From the NCBI GenBank assembly GCA_965238005.1, contig OZ250165.1, positions 3,968,001 to 4,032,000 of the forward strand: DNA of 64,000 nt, given 5' to 3'. Each line of letters starts with the position of its first letter. Position 1 is the first letter of the stretch. A model generated the notes under the pieces. It made no database searches and was not told the origin of the DNA. It saw nothing but the letters and a program-made list of their open reading frames with translations. The stretch comes from Longimicrobiales bacterium. GTDB lineage: Bacteria > Gemmatimonadota > Gemmatimonadetes > Longimicrobiales > Gaopeijiaceae. Shown here one piece after another: positions 38,833 through 49,227 of the stretch. The position numbers were made by a program, and so were the translations under genes.

Positions 38833-39077
38833 TTGCGTCGGTGAATCGTACTATGCCACGGGGTGCGCGGCCACGGGGTGCGGCTTGCTGTACCTGTCAG
38901 CGGCGAACGCCAAGACCCCGGAGCTCAGGGAGTACTCCACCTCCCTCCATCCCCCCATGCGGATCGGAGCCAGCACCTTTCTGCTCTTCGACCGTGAAGC
39001 GGTGCTAACCGACCTCGAGCGAACGGCCGAGGACTACCTGAAGATGGGGCTCCCGCTGAACGAGACGTCGCTCCACT

Positions 39078-40734
39078 TCAAGCTGGATGATCGCCTCGTC
39101 CACGCCCTGGATCTCCGGACCATCGACCGGACCCGTACAGCTCCCGCAGCCGGGTCTTTTGGACCTTGCCGGTACCACTTACAGGCATCGACTCGACGAA
39201 GACGACCGCCTCGGGGATCCACCACTTGGCGACCTTCCCCTCCAGGAAGCCCAACAGCTCCTCCTTCGCGACGTTCGCGCCTTCCCTCGCCTTCACGATC
39301 AGGAGGGGACGCTCGGTCCACTTGGCGTCGGGAATGCCGATGACCGCCGCCATCACCACGCCCGGGTGGCCCATGGCCACGTTCTCCAGGTCGATGGAGC
39401 TGATCCACTCCCCCCCCGACTTGATCACGTCCTTGGCCCGGTCCGTGATCTGCATGTAGCCGTGCGAGTCCAGAGTCGCGATGTCACCCGTGGAGAACCA
39501 CCCCTCGGCGTCCAGGATTTCCTCGTCGTGCTCGTAGTAGCTCGAGCAGACCCAGGGGCCCCGCACCTGGAGCTCACCGATCGCCTCGCCGTCGTGAGGC
39601 AAGGCCTTCCCATCCTCGTCCACGATCCGCCAATCGACTCCGAAGATCCGCCTCCCCTGCCTCACCTGCATACTCAGGCGCTCCTCGACAGGTGCCTGGC
39701 GGAGCTCGGCAGTGAGAACGTTGAGGGAGCCGATGGGACTCGTCTCCGTCATCCCCCAGCCCTGGCGAAACTCGATCCCGAACTCCTCCTCGAAGGCCCG
39801 GATCATGGACCTGGGGGGGGGCCGCGCCGCCGACCGCCACCACCTCGAGGCTCGGAACGCCCGCGTCGTTGGCACGCCAGTAGTCGAGGAGGCCCATCCA
39901 GATGGTGGGTACTCCGGTGCTGACGGTGACCTTCTCATCTCGCATCAGCCGGGTCAGGCTCTCCCCGTCCATGTGTGGACCCGTGAAGACCAGCTTGGCT
40001 CCCAGGATGGCCGCCGAGTAGGGGGCCCCCCAGGCGTTGGCGTGGAACATGGGGACGACCGGGAGCATGGCCTGGCCCTCCTTGACCCCCAACGCGTCGG
40101 GCAAGCTGGCGGCGAAGGCGTGCAGCACCGTGGAGCGGTGGCTGTAGAGGACCCCCTTGGGGTTGCCGGTCGTGCCCGAGGTGTAGCACAGAGACGCCCC
40201 TGTGTTCTCGTCGAGCAGGGGCCATTCGTACTCCCCGGGCTGGCCCTCCAGGAGCTCCTCGTAGCAGAGAAGGTCCGAGAGAGACGACTCGGGCATCGTC
40301 TCCCTCCCCGTCATGATCACCACGTGCTCGACGGTCTCCAGCCGGTCGGCCACCGCGGCGATGAGCGGGACGAATGTCAGGTCCACGCAGAGGATCCGAT
40401 CCTCGGCATGGTTGATGATGTATGTCAGCTGATCGGGATGGAGGCGAGGGTTCATGGTGTGGCAGATGGCCCCCATGCCCGACACGCCGTAGTACAGCTC
40501 CAGATGACGGTAGCCGTTCCAGGCGATGGTCCCCACCCGGTCCCCCACTCCGATGCCCAGCCCGGCGAGGCCGTGGGCGAGCCGGGCCGAGCGCTCCCGC
40601 ACCTCGGCCCAGGTGTACCGATGCACCGAACCTTCCACCGTATGAGAGACGACCTCGATGTGCCCGTGGATGTCCGCTGCGTAGTCGATCAGGGAGGATA
40701 TGAGCAGGGGATGATCCATCATCAGGCCACGCAC
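39078..40734 (-). pseudogene. Long-chain fatty acid-CoA ligase (DmdB/AlkK-like), frameshifted at a 9-nt homopolymer
   Basis: YTSGTTGNPKG and PMFHANAWG in 39574-40734; [22 protein letters not shown] and TGK in 39078-39938. Removing one base from G9 (39813-39821) restores GGAAPPRSMI. Confidence 0.85.
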
Positions 40735-40933
40735 GTCGGCCTCCTGACGTTGGGGAGCAGACTCCTAATCATGGGGTGCTGAAAGTATGCCGGGTCACGC
40801 CGGGGTGCACCCCCGGCCCCCGAGAGACCATCTGAGACACCCTTTGCCCCGCGCTATCGACCGGTCCCATCTTAAGGGGCCCCACGTTTGAGGGGCCCCA
40901 CGCTGGCTTTGTGCAGGCTCAAAACACACTGAG

Positions 40934-43900
40934 ATGAGTCGAACCATGAAGATGCCCCGCACCTACGCCACCCTCACGTCCTGGATCCTCGCGTGCGCCC
41001 CGCTCCTGGCCCTCGGCACACCGATCCACGCCCAGGACGGCGCTCCGAGTGACCCGGTGGCCCTCACCAGCTTCCTGAAGTGGCGCGAGATCGGTCCCGC
41101 CGTCGTCGGCGGGCGCATCAGCGACCTCGCCGTAGACGAGTCGGACACGCGCGTCATCTACGTGGGCACGGCCACGGCCGGCGTGTGGAAGAGCACCAAC
41201 CACGGCACCACGTGGACCGCCCTCTTCACCGACGAGTCCACGGCTTCAATCGGTGACGTCACCCTCGCCCCGTCGAACCCGAACGTGGTGTGGGTGGGAA
41301 CGGGCGAGCCGCAGAACCGACAGAGCTCTCCGTGGGGGGACGGCGTCTTCAAGTCCATGGACGGCGGGCGCACATGGACCACCATGGGCCTCCAGGAAAC
41401 CCGCCACATCTCCCGAATCCGGGTGCACCCACGCAACCCGGACATCGCCTACGTGGCGGCCGTCGGCAACCTCTGGAGGTCGAGCCCGGAGCGTGGCGTC
41501 TACAAGACCACCGACGGGGGCGCCACCTGGGATCTAGTCCTCTTAGTGGACAACGATACCGGAGCCATCGACCTGATCATGGATCCGGCCGACCCCAACA
41601 CGCTCTTCGCGGCCATGTACCAGCGCCAGCGGACGGCGTGGGGCTTCAACGGTGGTGGCCCGGGGAGCGGCATCTACCGTACCCTGGACGGCGGCGCGAC
41701 TTGGGGGCGCCTCGAGGAGGGCCTCCCCGAGGGTGACCTGGGGCGCATCGGGCTCGACGTGTACAAGCGGGACGGCAACCTGGTCTTCGCCACCGTTCAG
41801 GCCCGCCGGGCCCAGAGCGGCGTCTACGCTTCGAGGGACCGGGGCGACACGTGGGAGAAGCTGTCGAGCATCAACCCCCGGCCCATGTACTTCAGCATGA
41901 TCCGGGTGGATCCGAACAACCCGGAGCGAGTCTACCTCGGTGGCCAGAACCTCATGCGCTCCGACGACGGGGGACGGACGTTCACGAGCGACGGAGCCCG
42001 TAGCGTCCACCCCGACCACCACGCCCTGTGGATCGACCCCTCCGACTCCAATCACCTGATCCTGGGAAGTGACGGCGGCGTCTCGACCTCGTTCGACGGC
42101 TCAGAGAACTGGCGTTTCTACGACAACCTCCCCGTTGCCCAGTTCTACGAGATTGGCTACGACACGCGGAATCCGTACTGGGTATGCGGAGGACTCCAGG
42201 ACAACGGAAGCTGGTGCGGCCCGACCAACACCCTCGACAACCAGGGCATCCGGAACGCCGACTGGCAGAACATCGGGGGCGGGGACGGCTTCTACGTTAA
42301 GATCGACCCCCTGGACTCGAGCGTGCTCTACGCCGAGTCCCAGAACGGCCGAGTGAGCCGCGTGGACCTCGAGACGGGAGAGCGCACCTCGATCGCACCT
42401 CGGCCCAACTTCGAGCTGGAAGAGGGCTCGTCCCCGAGGAAGGAGCACCCCGCAGCAGACGATCCCGACCCCGAGGACGCTCAGTACCGCTTCAACTGGA
42501 ACACGCCTACGCTGATCTCGTCTCACGATCGGAACACGCTGTACACGGGCAGCCAAATGCTCATGAAGAGCACGGACCGGGGCGTGAGCTGGACCCAGAT
42601 CAGCCCCGATCTGACTTTCGACATGGATCGGTCGCAGCTGCCCATCATGGGCGCCCTGCCCTCGGACTCCATGCTGTCGCGTCACGACGGCGTGTCGTAC
42701 TACGGCACGCTCACCACGGTGGGCGAATCGCCCATGAACCGCGACGTCCTCTACACCGGCAGCGACGACGGTCGGGTCATGGGGACCCAGGACGGCGGCG
42801 CCAGCTGGACGGATCTGACGCCCAACATCACGGGCCTGCCCGAGAACACGTACGTGAGCCGCCTGGTGGCCTCCAACACCCGTGAGAGCCGAGTCTACGC
42901 CACCTTCGACGGGCACTACTCGGGGGACTTCGCCGCGTACGCGTACGTGAGCGACGACTTCGGAGCGACCTGGCGGCCGATCACCGCCGGGCTCCCCCAC
43001 TCGTCGGTGAACGTCCTCGCCGAGCACCCCGACCAGGAGAACCTCCTCTTCGTGGGGAACGAGGTGGGCCTCTACGTCTCGACGGACCGGGGCACGAGCT
43101 GGGAGCCCCTGATGAACGGCCTGCCCACCGTGCCAGTGGACGACATCAAGATCCAGCCCGACCACAACGACCTTATCATCGGGACCCACGGTCGGGGCAT
43201 CTGGGTCATGGATAACATTAGCCCCCTCGAGGAGCTCGCCGGCGGATCCATAGAGGCCTCGGACGCCTACCTCTTCCGTGTGGGCCAGGCGGTGGACTGG
43301 AGGACCTTCCGCAACCAGGAGTGGACCGCTTCCGGTGAGTTCCGGCTCCCCAACCCAGCGAACGGGGCACGCATCCGGTACTGGCTCCCCGAGGGGGCCG
43401 CGACGGCGGCCGACGGTGCGGGGGAGAGTTCCGGCAGCGGGGATGATCACATCACCATCGAGATCATGACAGCCACAGGCCAGGGAGTGCGGACCCTCGA
43501 AGGGCCTTCCTCTCCAGGCGCCCACGAGGTCACCTGGGACTTCCGCATCGACCCGGCGTACGAGGCCGACGAAGACGGGGGTGGCGGTGGCGGCGGCGGT
43601 GGTGGCGGCGGCAGCGGGTTCGGTGGAGGAGGCGCCGAGGGGCCGAAGGTGCTTCCCGGCGTATACCAGATCCAGATCGAGGTCGGTGAGACCACCATGT
43701 TGGGCGACCTGGTCGTGCGCCGGGATCCCCGCATCGAGGTGTCCCGGGAGGACCTGGCCGCGCGACAGGCCGCGCTCATGTCGGTCTACCAGCTCCAGGC
43801 GCCGGTCTATCACGCCGGCCAGGCGATCCGGCGACTCAGGGTCCAGCTCGCCGACGTGGAGGGCCTCCTGAACGACGACGACGACGCGCCCGAGGCCCTG

Positions 43901-44188
43901 AGCGAGGAGGTGGAGGCGATCAAGGAAGAGCTGGAGAGTATCGGGGACGACCTCGATGACCTCCCGGTGCGGCGGATGCGATCGGCCATCGAGGGGTCCA
44001 CGACACGGCCCACCGAGGACCAGTTTCAGGACATCGACGGGGCATGGGGGGACACGCCCGGGGTCATCGAGCGGCTCAACGCTCTGATCTCGGATCGGAT
44101 GCCTGCCCTCAACCGCCGTCTTGACGATGAGGGTATCCGGGCCGATCCCGGGGAGGCCGTGGAGATCCCGAGACGAGGAGGCCGTTGA
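40934..44188 (+). CDS. Secreted VPS10/BNR-repeat (glycosyl hydrolase-like) protein
   Basis: WREIGPAVVGGRI, repeated S.DGG.TW Asp boxes, GGLQDNGSW, GTHGRG and a poly-Gly linker. Confidence 0.93.
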   Translation: MSRTMKMPRTYATLTSWILACAPLLALGTPIHAQDGAPSDPVALTSFLKWREIGPAVVGGRISDLAVDESDTRVIYVGTATAGVWKSTNHGTTWTALFTDESTASIGDVTLAPSNPNVVWVGTGEPQNRQSSPWGDGVFKSMDGGRTWTTMGLQETRHISRIRVHPRNPDIAYVAAVGNLWRSSPERGVYKTTDGGATWDLVLLVDNDTGAIDLIMDPADPNTLFAAMYQRQRTAWGFNGGGPGSGIYRTLDGGATWGRLEEGLPEGDLGRIGLDVYKRDGNLVFATVQARRAQSGVYASRDRGDTWEKLSSINPRPMYFSMIRVDPNNPERVYLGGQNLMRSDDGGRTFTSDGARSVHPDHHALWIDPSDSNHLILGSDGGVSTSFDGSENWRFYDNLPVAQFYEIGYDTRNPYWVCGGLQDNGSWCGPTNTLDNQGIRNADWQNIGGGDGFYVKIDPLDSSVLYAESQNGRVSRVDLETGERTSIAPRPNFELEEGSSPRKEHPAADDPDPEDAQYRFNWNTPTLISSHDRNTLYTGSQMLMKSTDRGVSWTQISPDLTFDMDRSQLPIMGALPSDSMLSRHDGVSYYGTLTTVGESPMNRDVLYTGSDDGRVMGTQDGGASWTDLTPNITGLPENTYVSRLVASNTRESRVYATFDGHYSGDFAAYAYVSDDFGATWRPITAGLPHSSVNVLAEHPDQENLLFVGNEVGLYVSTDRGTSWEPLMNGLPTVPVDDIKIQPDHNDLIIGTHGRGIWVMDNISPLEELAGGSIEASDAYLFRVGQAVDWRTFRNQEWTASGEFRLPNPANGARIRYWLPEGAATAADGAGESSGSGDDHITIEIMTATGQGVRTLEGPSSPGAHEVTWDFRIDPAYEADEDGGGGGGGGGGGGSGFGGGGAEGPKVLPGVYQIQIEVGETTMLGDLVVRRDPRIEVSREDLAARQAALMSVYQLQAPVYHAGQAIRRLRVQLADVEGLLNDDDDAPEALSEEVEAIKEELESIGDDLDDLPVRRMRSAIEGSTTRPTEDQFQDIDGAWGDTPGVIERLNALISDRMPALNRRLDDEGIRADPGEAVEIPRRGGR

Positions 44189-45099
44189 CGGCCCGCTGGC
44201 TGGCTGTATTCAACCTCCACGGGGGCTCATTACGTCGGCGCAGGGCGATCGGTCCCCTCCTCGATCGTCTGGAGCGCCACGCTCCGGCGTTGGACCGAAT
44301 CGAGACTCGACCCGCACCGGCCGAGACGCGCGATCTGGTCCGCAGCCGGCTGGGGCCCGACGTTGAGCGAGTCTTCGTTCTGGGAGGGGACGGTGTGGTG
44401 GGGGACGTGGCCGGAGCCCTGGTGGGCTCGGACGTGCCCCTGGGCGTCATTCCCACCGGAACCACCAACGTCGTGGCGGCCGAGCTCGGTATTCCAGGAA
44501 GTCGCGGTCGGGCGGCGCTCGCTCTCGTACGCTCGTCCAAAACACGCCGGCTCCACACCTGGTCCGTAGGCGACCGAACGCTCGTCCTCGGAGCCAGTGC
44601 CGGGTTTGACGCCGAGATCATGCGCAACGTGAGCGGGGACCTCAAAGCTCGCATCGGCTACGTCGCCATCGTCTGGGCGGGCCTCCAAGCCCTCCTCCGC
44701 TACGACCATCCGCGATTGAAGATCACGGGGACCGACGAGGGGGGGGCCCCGGTCGAGCTTACCGGCACCTCCGTCCTCGCCACCAGCACGAAGCGCTATG
44801 GGCGGCGGGCGGTGACCGTCCCGGCGGCCGACCCCCAAGACGACCTCCTGGACGTCATGGTCGGCACCGCGACCTCGCGGTTGGCGGTTCTGGCGTTCTG
44901 GCTCCGCCTTCTTGCAGGTGGGGGCCGGCAGCTGGAGCACGACGGAGTCCGCTACCTTCGTCTTCGAAGCCTTCGTGCCGAGGCCCAGGGCCCCGAGCAG
45001 GCCGAGGTCCAGGTCAACGGTGATCCGGTGGGAAGGACGATCCTCGAGGTGGTGCCCGCGGGGCGGGTGAGCTTCCTGGTGCCGGAAGCCCGCGGATGA
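44185..45099 (+). CDS. Diacylglycerol/lipid kinase family protein (YegS/BmrU-like)
   Basis: GGDG, IPTGTTN, GFDA and QVNGD. Confidence 0.88.
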   Translation: MTARWLAVFNLHGGSLRRRRAIGPLLDRLERHAPALDRIETRPAPAETRDLVRSRLGPDVERVFVLGGDGVVGDVAGALVGSDVPLGVIPTGTTNVVAAELGIPGSRGRAALALVRSSKTRRLHTWSVGDRTLVLGASAGFDAEIMRNVSGDLKARIGYVAIVWAGLQALLRYDHPRLKITGTDEGGAPVELTGTSVLATSTKRYGRRAVTVPAADPQDDLLDVMVGTATSRLAVLAFWLRLLAGGGRQLEHDGVRYLRLRSLRAEAQGPEQAEVQVNGDPVGRTILEVVPAGRVSFLVPEARG

Positions 45100-45241
45100 G
45101 CTGGTGGTAATTCTGGGAATGGCGAAGATGTCCATCCAGGGGCTGCTCGGGCTCTATCCTGATCTCGGGTGGCCCTCCTCTTGTTTTCCCTCGCCGCCAT
45201 ACCCACGGCGGTCTGGAGAACCTTGGTACACTCCGAGGCCT

Positions 45242-45358
45242 GGCGAGAAAGCGGTCGGCCGGATCCGAATGCTCGAAGCCTAGCCGTCGACTCTCCTGCG
45301 CCACCGCGTGGGTAAGGGGCGCCTCGTGGAACGGGCCTGCCTTCAGCATGCGCGAGAC
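45242..45358 (-). pseudogene. PIN/VapC toxin fragment
   Basis: PFHEAPLTHAVAQESRRLGFEHSDPADRFLA matches the PIN H.DP.DR motif; both ends missing. Confidence 0.65.
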
Positions 45359-45459
45359 GAGGGCCGACTGGCGGCCCACCCCTCCCTTTCTCATGTTGCC
45401 GGCGATGTCCGGCCGCCTCGAAGAGGCCGGTCGATGTTCGGTTCTGAGGGAGCTACCCC

Positions 45460-47130
45460 ATGACCATGTTCGAGAATCGTCACGGCCTTCTGCTCGTCGC
45501 CACCTTCCTGGGCGCATTGCTTTCGTCCTGCACGACGCCCGAGGCTGGCGATGAGCGCTTCGACGTCGTCGAGGCGACCATCCCCGAGATGCAGCGCGCG
45601 ATGGAGGAAGGGCGCGTTACCTCTCGTGCATTGGTGGAGGCCCACCTGCTGCGCATCGCCCTCTATGAGGAGCGCGTGAACGCGGCGATCACGATCAACG
45701 CCAACGCGCTCGCGGAGGCGGATCGACTCGACCGGGAGCGCGCCGAGGGTCGAGTGCGCAGCCCGCTCCACGGCATCCCGGTCGCCCTCAAGGACAACGT
45801 TCACACCACCCACTTGCCGACATCCGGGGGGGCGCTGGCCTTCGAGGGATTCGTCCCTCCGTACGAGGCCACGCTGACCACCAACCTCCGCGAGGCCGGT
45901 GCCATTATCCTCGCGAAGACGGTGATGACCGAGCTCGCGAACTTCACCGCCGCCGGCATGCCTGGTAACTACAGCGCGCTGGGGGGCTTCGGCCTTAACC
46001 CGTACGACCCCCGCCGTGATCCACGGGAGGGCCGAAACGACGGTCGCCCCGTGATGGGGACGGGTGGCTCGAGCTCCGGCATCGGCACCGCGATGAGCTT
46101 CTGGGCCGCGAACGTGGGCACCGAGACCTCGGGCTCGATCCTGTCGCCGGCGAACGCGAACATGCTGGCGGCGATCAAGCCAACCGTGGGGAGGGTGAGC
46201 CGCTATGGCGTGATCCCGATCACAGCCGATCAGGACATCGCCGGCCCCATGGCGCGGACCGTCACGGACGCGGCGATCTTCTTCGGGGCGCTCGAAGGCG
46301 CGGCGCCGGATCCGAACGACGCCGCCACGTTACGCTGCGAGCCTCCGCCGAACGGAGACTACACGGAGTTCCTTCGGGCCGACGGGCTGCAGGGGGCCCG
46401 GATCGGCATCCCTCGAGCCGCGTACTACGACTCGGCTCGAGGCCCCGGAAGCGACGGGTTCCGGAATAGGCTGTCGGACGAGGGAAGGGTACTGATGGCC
46501 GAGGCGATCGAGATCCTCATGGTACAAGGTGCGACGGTCGTCGATCCGGCGGACATCCCCAGCGTGATCGACCCGGATCCCGAGAACAACCTGCTTGCGA
46601 ACGGGCGCAGCAGCGTGCTCAACTACGGCATGAAGCGGGACTTCAACGCGTGGCTCGCGACGCTGGGCGAGTCCGCGCCCGTCAAGACCCTGACGGAGCT
46701 GCGCGAGTGGAACCTGGCTCACGAGGGAGCCGGCTCGCTCAAGTACGGCCAGGCCCGACTCGATGGGTCCGACGAGATCGACCTGGACGATGACCGTGCC
46801 AAATACGAGGCCGATCGCGCTCGCGACCTGCGCCTGAACGGCGAGCACGGGATAGACGAGGTGATGACCGACCTCGAGCTGGACGCGCTTCTCTTCCCGG
46901 GGTCGAGCGGCGCCGGCATCTCGGCCCGGCCGGGCTATCCGACCGTGATCGTGCCGTTCGGCTTCCTCGCGTCGGGCGGCCCGCCGATGCCGGAGGGCTT
47001 CGTCGCGAAGCCCCGCCCGTTCGGCGTGAGCTTCGCCGGGATGGCGTGCAGCGAGCCGCGGCTGATCGAGCTGGCTTACGCGTTCGAGCAGGCGACGATG
47101 AGGCGGGTCGCGCCTCCCGGAATGCCGTAG
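45460..47130 (+). CDS. Amidase signature family lipoprotein
   Basis: Lipobox LSSC; LHGIPVALKDN, GGSSSG and GTETSGS. Confidence 0.93.
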   Translation: MTMFENRHGLLLVATFLGALLSSCTTPEAGDERFDVVEATIPEMQRAMEEGRVTSRALVEAHLLRIALYEERVNAAITINANALAEADRLDRERAEGRVRSPLHGIPVALKDNVHTTHLPTSGGALAFEGFVPPYEATLTTNLREAGAIILAKTVMTELANFTAAGMPGNYSALGGFGLNPYDPRRDPREGRNDGRPVMGTGGSSSGIGTAMSFWAANVGTETSGSILSPANANMLAAIKPTVGRVSRYGVIPITADQDIAGPMARTVTDAAIFFGALEGAAPDPNDAATLRCEPPPNGDYTEFLRADGLQGARIGIPRAAYYDSARGPGSDGFRNRLSDEGRVLMAEAIEILMVQGATVVDPADIPSVIDPDPENNLLANGRSSVLNYGMKRDFNAWLATLGESAPVKTLTELREWNLAHEGAGSLKYGQARLDGSDEIDLDDDRAKYEADRARDLRLNGEHGIDEVMTDLELDALLFPGSSGAGISARPGYPTVIVPFGFLASGGPPMPEGFVAKPRPFGVSFAGMACSEPRLIELAYAFEQATMRRVAPPGMP

Positions 47131-47169
47131 GGGGACGCGGAACTCGTTCTGAATGACGGAGGCGTGACC

Positions 47170-48264
47170 ATGCTGAACCTGAGGAGTACCCGATTCCTGC
47201 TGTCGGCCCTTTGGGCCGCGTACGTCGCTGTGCCGCTGGCGGCGCAGAGCGGCCAGGTGGCGCGGATCATCCAGACCAACTCGGCCGGGACGAACGCGCA
47301 CATCATCGATCCCGAGACGCACGAGGTGCTGGCCGTGATCGAAGGCCTTCCCCATGCACACGGGGTCGCGGAGCATCCGGAGGGCCTCTACTACTACTTC
47401 TCCAACGAGAGGCACAGCACCGTCGATGTCGTGGACACACGCACCTTGGAAGTCGTCGAACACATCCCGCTTTCGGGGCGGCCCAACAACGTCTCGATGA
47501 GCAAGGAGCTCAGGAAGCTGTACGTGGGGATCAGGGGAGGCGGTCCTTACACGGATGTCATCGACATCGATACTCACGAGGTGATCAAGACCGTCCGCAT
47601 GCACCGCGGAGTCCACAACATCTACGTAACGGAAGACTCCAGGTGGGCGGTGGCCAGCTTGGCCCCCGGTCCTGAAGGACCCGAGGACCCGTCGATCCAG
47701 GTGATCGACACGAGCACCGACGAAGTCGCCTGGGGCATACCGGTGAACGGCCAGCGGACCCGCCCCCTGGCGATCGACTCGAACCCCGACGGCTCCCCGC
47801 GGCGGATCTTCGCGCAGGCGAGCGAGCATCACGGCTTCTACGTGATCGATTGGGACACCAGGGCGGTCGTGGACTTCATCAGTCCGCCCCCCGTTCCCCT
47901 CTCTAGGATCAACGCGGATGGGCGTCAGGACGGACCGAGCCACGGTCTCGAGGTGCTGGCCGACAACTCGGCGGTGTGGGACGTCAGCCGTGTCACGAGC
48001 TCGGTGTACGGATACTCGCTTCCGGACCTGGAGTACATCGGCTCGGTCCATGTCGGGCTGGGAGGGGGAGGAGCGGATTGGGCCACCTCATCGCCGGATG
48101 GCCGGTTCCTGTTCGTTGCCGTCACGGGGGCGGGCGAGACCGTGGTCGTGGATCTGGAGCGGCTCGAGGTCGTAAAGCGCATTCCGGTGGGGTATGCGCC
48201 CAAGCGGGTGCACACCGCGGTGATTCCTGCCCATCGGGTCGAAATCGGGAGCGGTGGACGATGA
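47170..48264 (+). CDS. Secreted YVTN/YncE-type beta-propeller protein
   Basis: Signal peptide (…PLAA/Q); repeated VDVVDT.T.EVV..IP blades; alternative GTG start at 47164. Confidence 0.88.
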   Translation: MLNLRSTRFLLSALWAAYVAVPLAAQSGQVARIIQTNSAGTNAHIIDPETHEVLAVIEGLPHAHGVAEHPEGLYYYFSNERHSTVDVVDTRTLEVVEHIPLSGRPNNVSMSKELRKLYVGIRGGGPYTDVIDIDTHEVIKTVRMHRGVHNIYVTEDSRWAVASLAPGPEGPEDPSIQVIDTSTDEVAWGIPVNGQRTRPLAIDSNPDGSPRRIFAQASEHHGFYVIDWDTRAVVDFISPPPVPLSRINADGRQDGPSHGLEVLADNSAVWDVSRVTSSVYGYSLPDLEYIGSVHVGLGGGGADWATSSPDGRFLFVAVTGAGETVVVDLERLEVVKRIPVGYAPKRVHTAVIPAHRVEIGSGGR

Positions 48265-49166
48265 CCGGGGCCCGCATCGCCCGGCCGGGCGTGGGCTGGT
48301 GGGGGCCGCTGGCAGGCGGGGCCCTCCTCGTGATGTTGGCCTGCAGCGGAGAAGACGAATCGGCGGTCGCTTCGGTCGCCGCGGCTACCGGCCTGGACTT
48401 CGAGTACTACCTTACCAACGTCGAGCCGATTTTCACGAGGCGGCGCGGCGGCTTCGCGGTCGATAGCCCCGGGGGGCCGTCCTGTGTGATGTGCCACACC
48501 TGGCAGACCAACGCCCCCCTCAAGCTGGAGACTCTCGAAGAGGGGCCGGACGGCGAGACGTCTTGGACGGAGGAGCAGTCGCGCAACAACTTTGTCGAGG
48601 TGGCCCGGCTGATCACGCCGGGGGATCCGGACAACAGTAGGCTCCTCAGGGCCCCGCTGGCTGCCGACGCGGGTGGGCGAGGCCGACATACGGGCGGCAT
48701 GTTCTGGGCGTCGAAGGACGAGCCTGAGTGGCAGGCCTTGGCTGAGTGGGTGCGTATGGCCGAACCCGCCGTAGGCGCAGAGGCCGTGGCCGCGGTTCCG
48801 CCCACGTTGGACTTCGAGTTCTTCAAGAGCTGCGTCCAGCGCATATTCGTCACAACGAGGCCCGGAGCGCTCCCCTGCGCAGAGTGCCACGGAGGGGGGG
48901 CCGCGGGGTTTGCCGGACCCATCGGAGACGGGCGCGACTTCTGGAACGAGGAGGAGTCGCGGCGCAACTTCGCGGTGGCGATGCGCCTTATCGAGCCCGG
49001 GGAACCGACCCGCAGCCGACTCCTCATGCATCCCCTTGCCTTCGAGGGCGGCGGGGACTACGCGCACAACGGTCCGCGGCGCTGGACGTCGATGGACGAC
49101 CCGGAGTGGCAGATGCTGGCCGGTTGGGTCCGGGGTGAGCGGACGGGGAGCGTCTGCCCCATCTGA
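48261..49166 (+). CDS. Di-haem cytochrome c lipoprotein (internal duplication)
   Basis: Lipobox MLAC; CVMCH and CAECH in two homologous LDFE..F...SR.NF...PG.P..SRLL..PLA...GG..H.G...EWQ.LA.WV repeats; ATGA overlap with the propeller gene. Confidence 0.85.
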   Translation: MTGARIARPGVGWWGPLAGGALLVMLACSGEDESAVASVAAATGLDFEYYLTNVEPIFTRRRGGFAVDSPGGPSCVMCHTWQTNAPLKLETLEEGPDGETSWTEEQSRNNFVEVARLITPGDPDNSRLLRAPLAADAGGRGRHTGGMFWASKDEPEWQALAEWVRMAEPAVGAEAVAAVPPTLDFEFFKSCVQRIFVTTRPGALPCAECHGGGAAGFAGPIGDGRDFWNEEESRRNFAVAMRLIEPGEPTRSRLLMHPLAFEGGGDYAHNGPRRWTSMDDPEWQMLAGWVRGERTGSVCPI

Positions 49167-49227
49167 ATCCGCGCGAGGATCACGTGTCCCTCAACGAGAA
49201 CTCCTTAAGGGAAGGTACGGAATCCCC

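Noticed and set aside
43578..43635. GGC/GGT microsatellite as a regulatory repeat
   Set aside because: Encodes an in-frame poly-Gly linker common in such secreted proteins; a similar one lies near 53745-53770.
42101..43813. Long antisense ORFs (also 46330-48051, 49534-51393, 26940-28322 and others)
   Set aside because: Shadow ORFs typical of high-GC DNA opposite well-supported genes.
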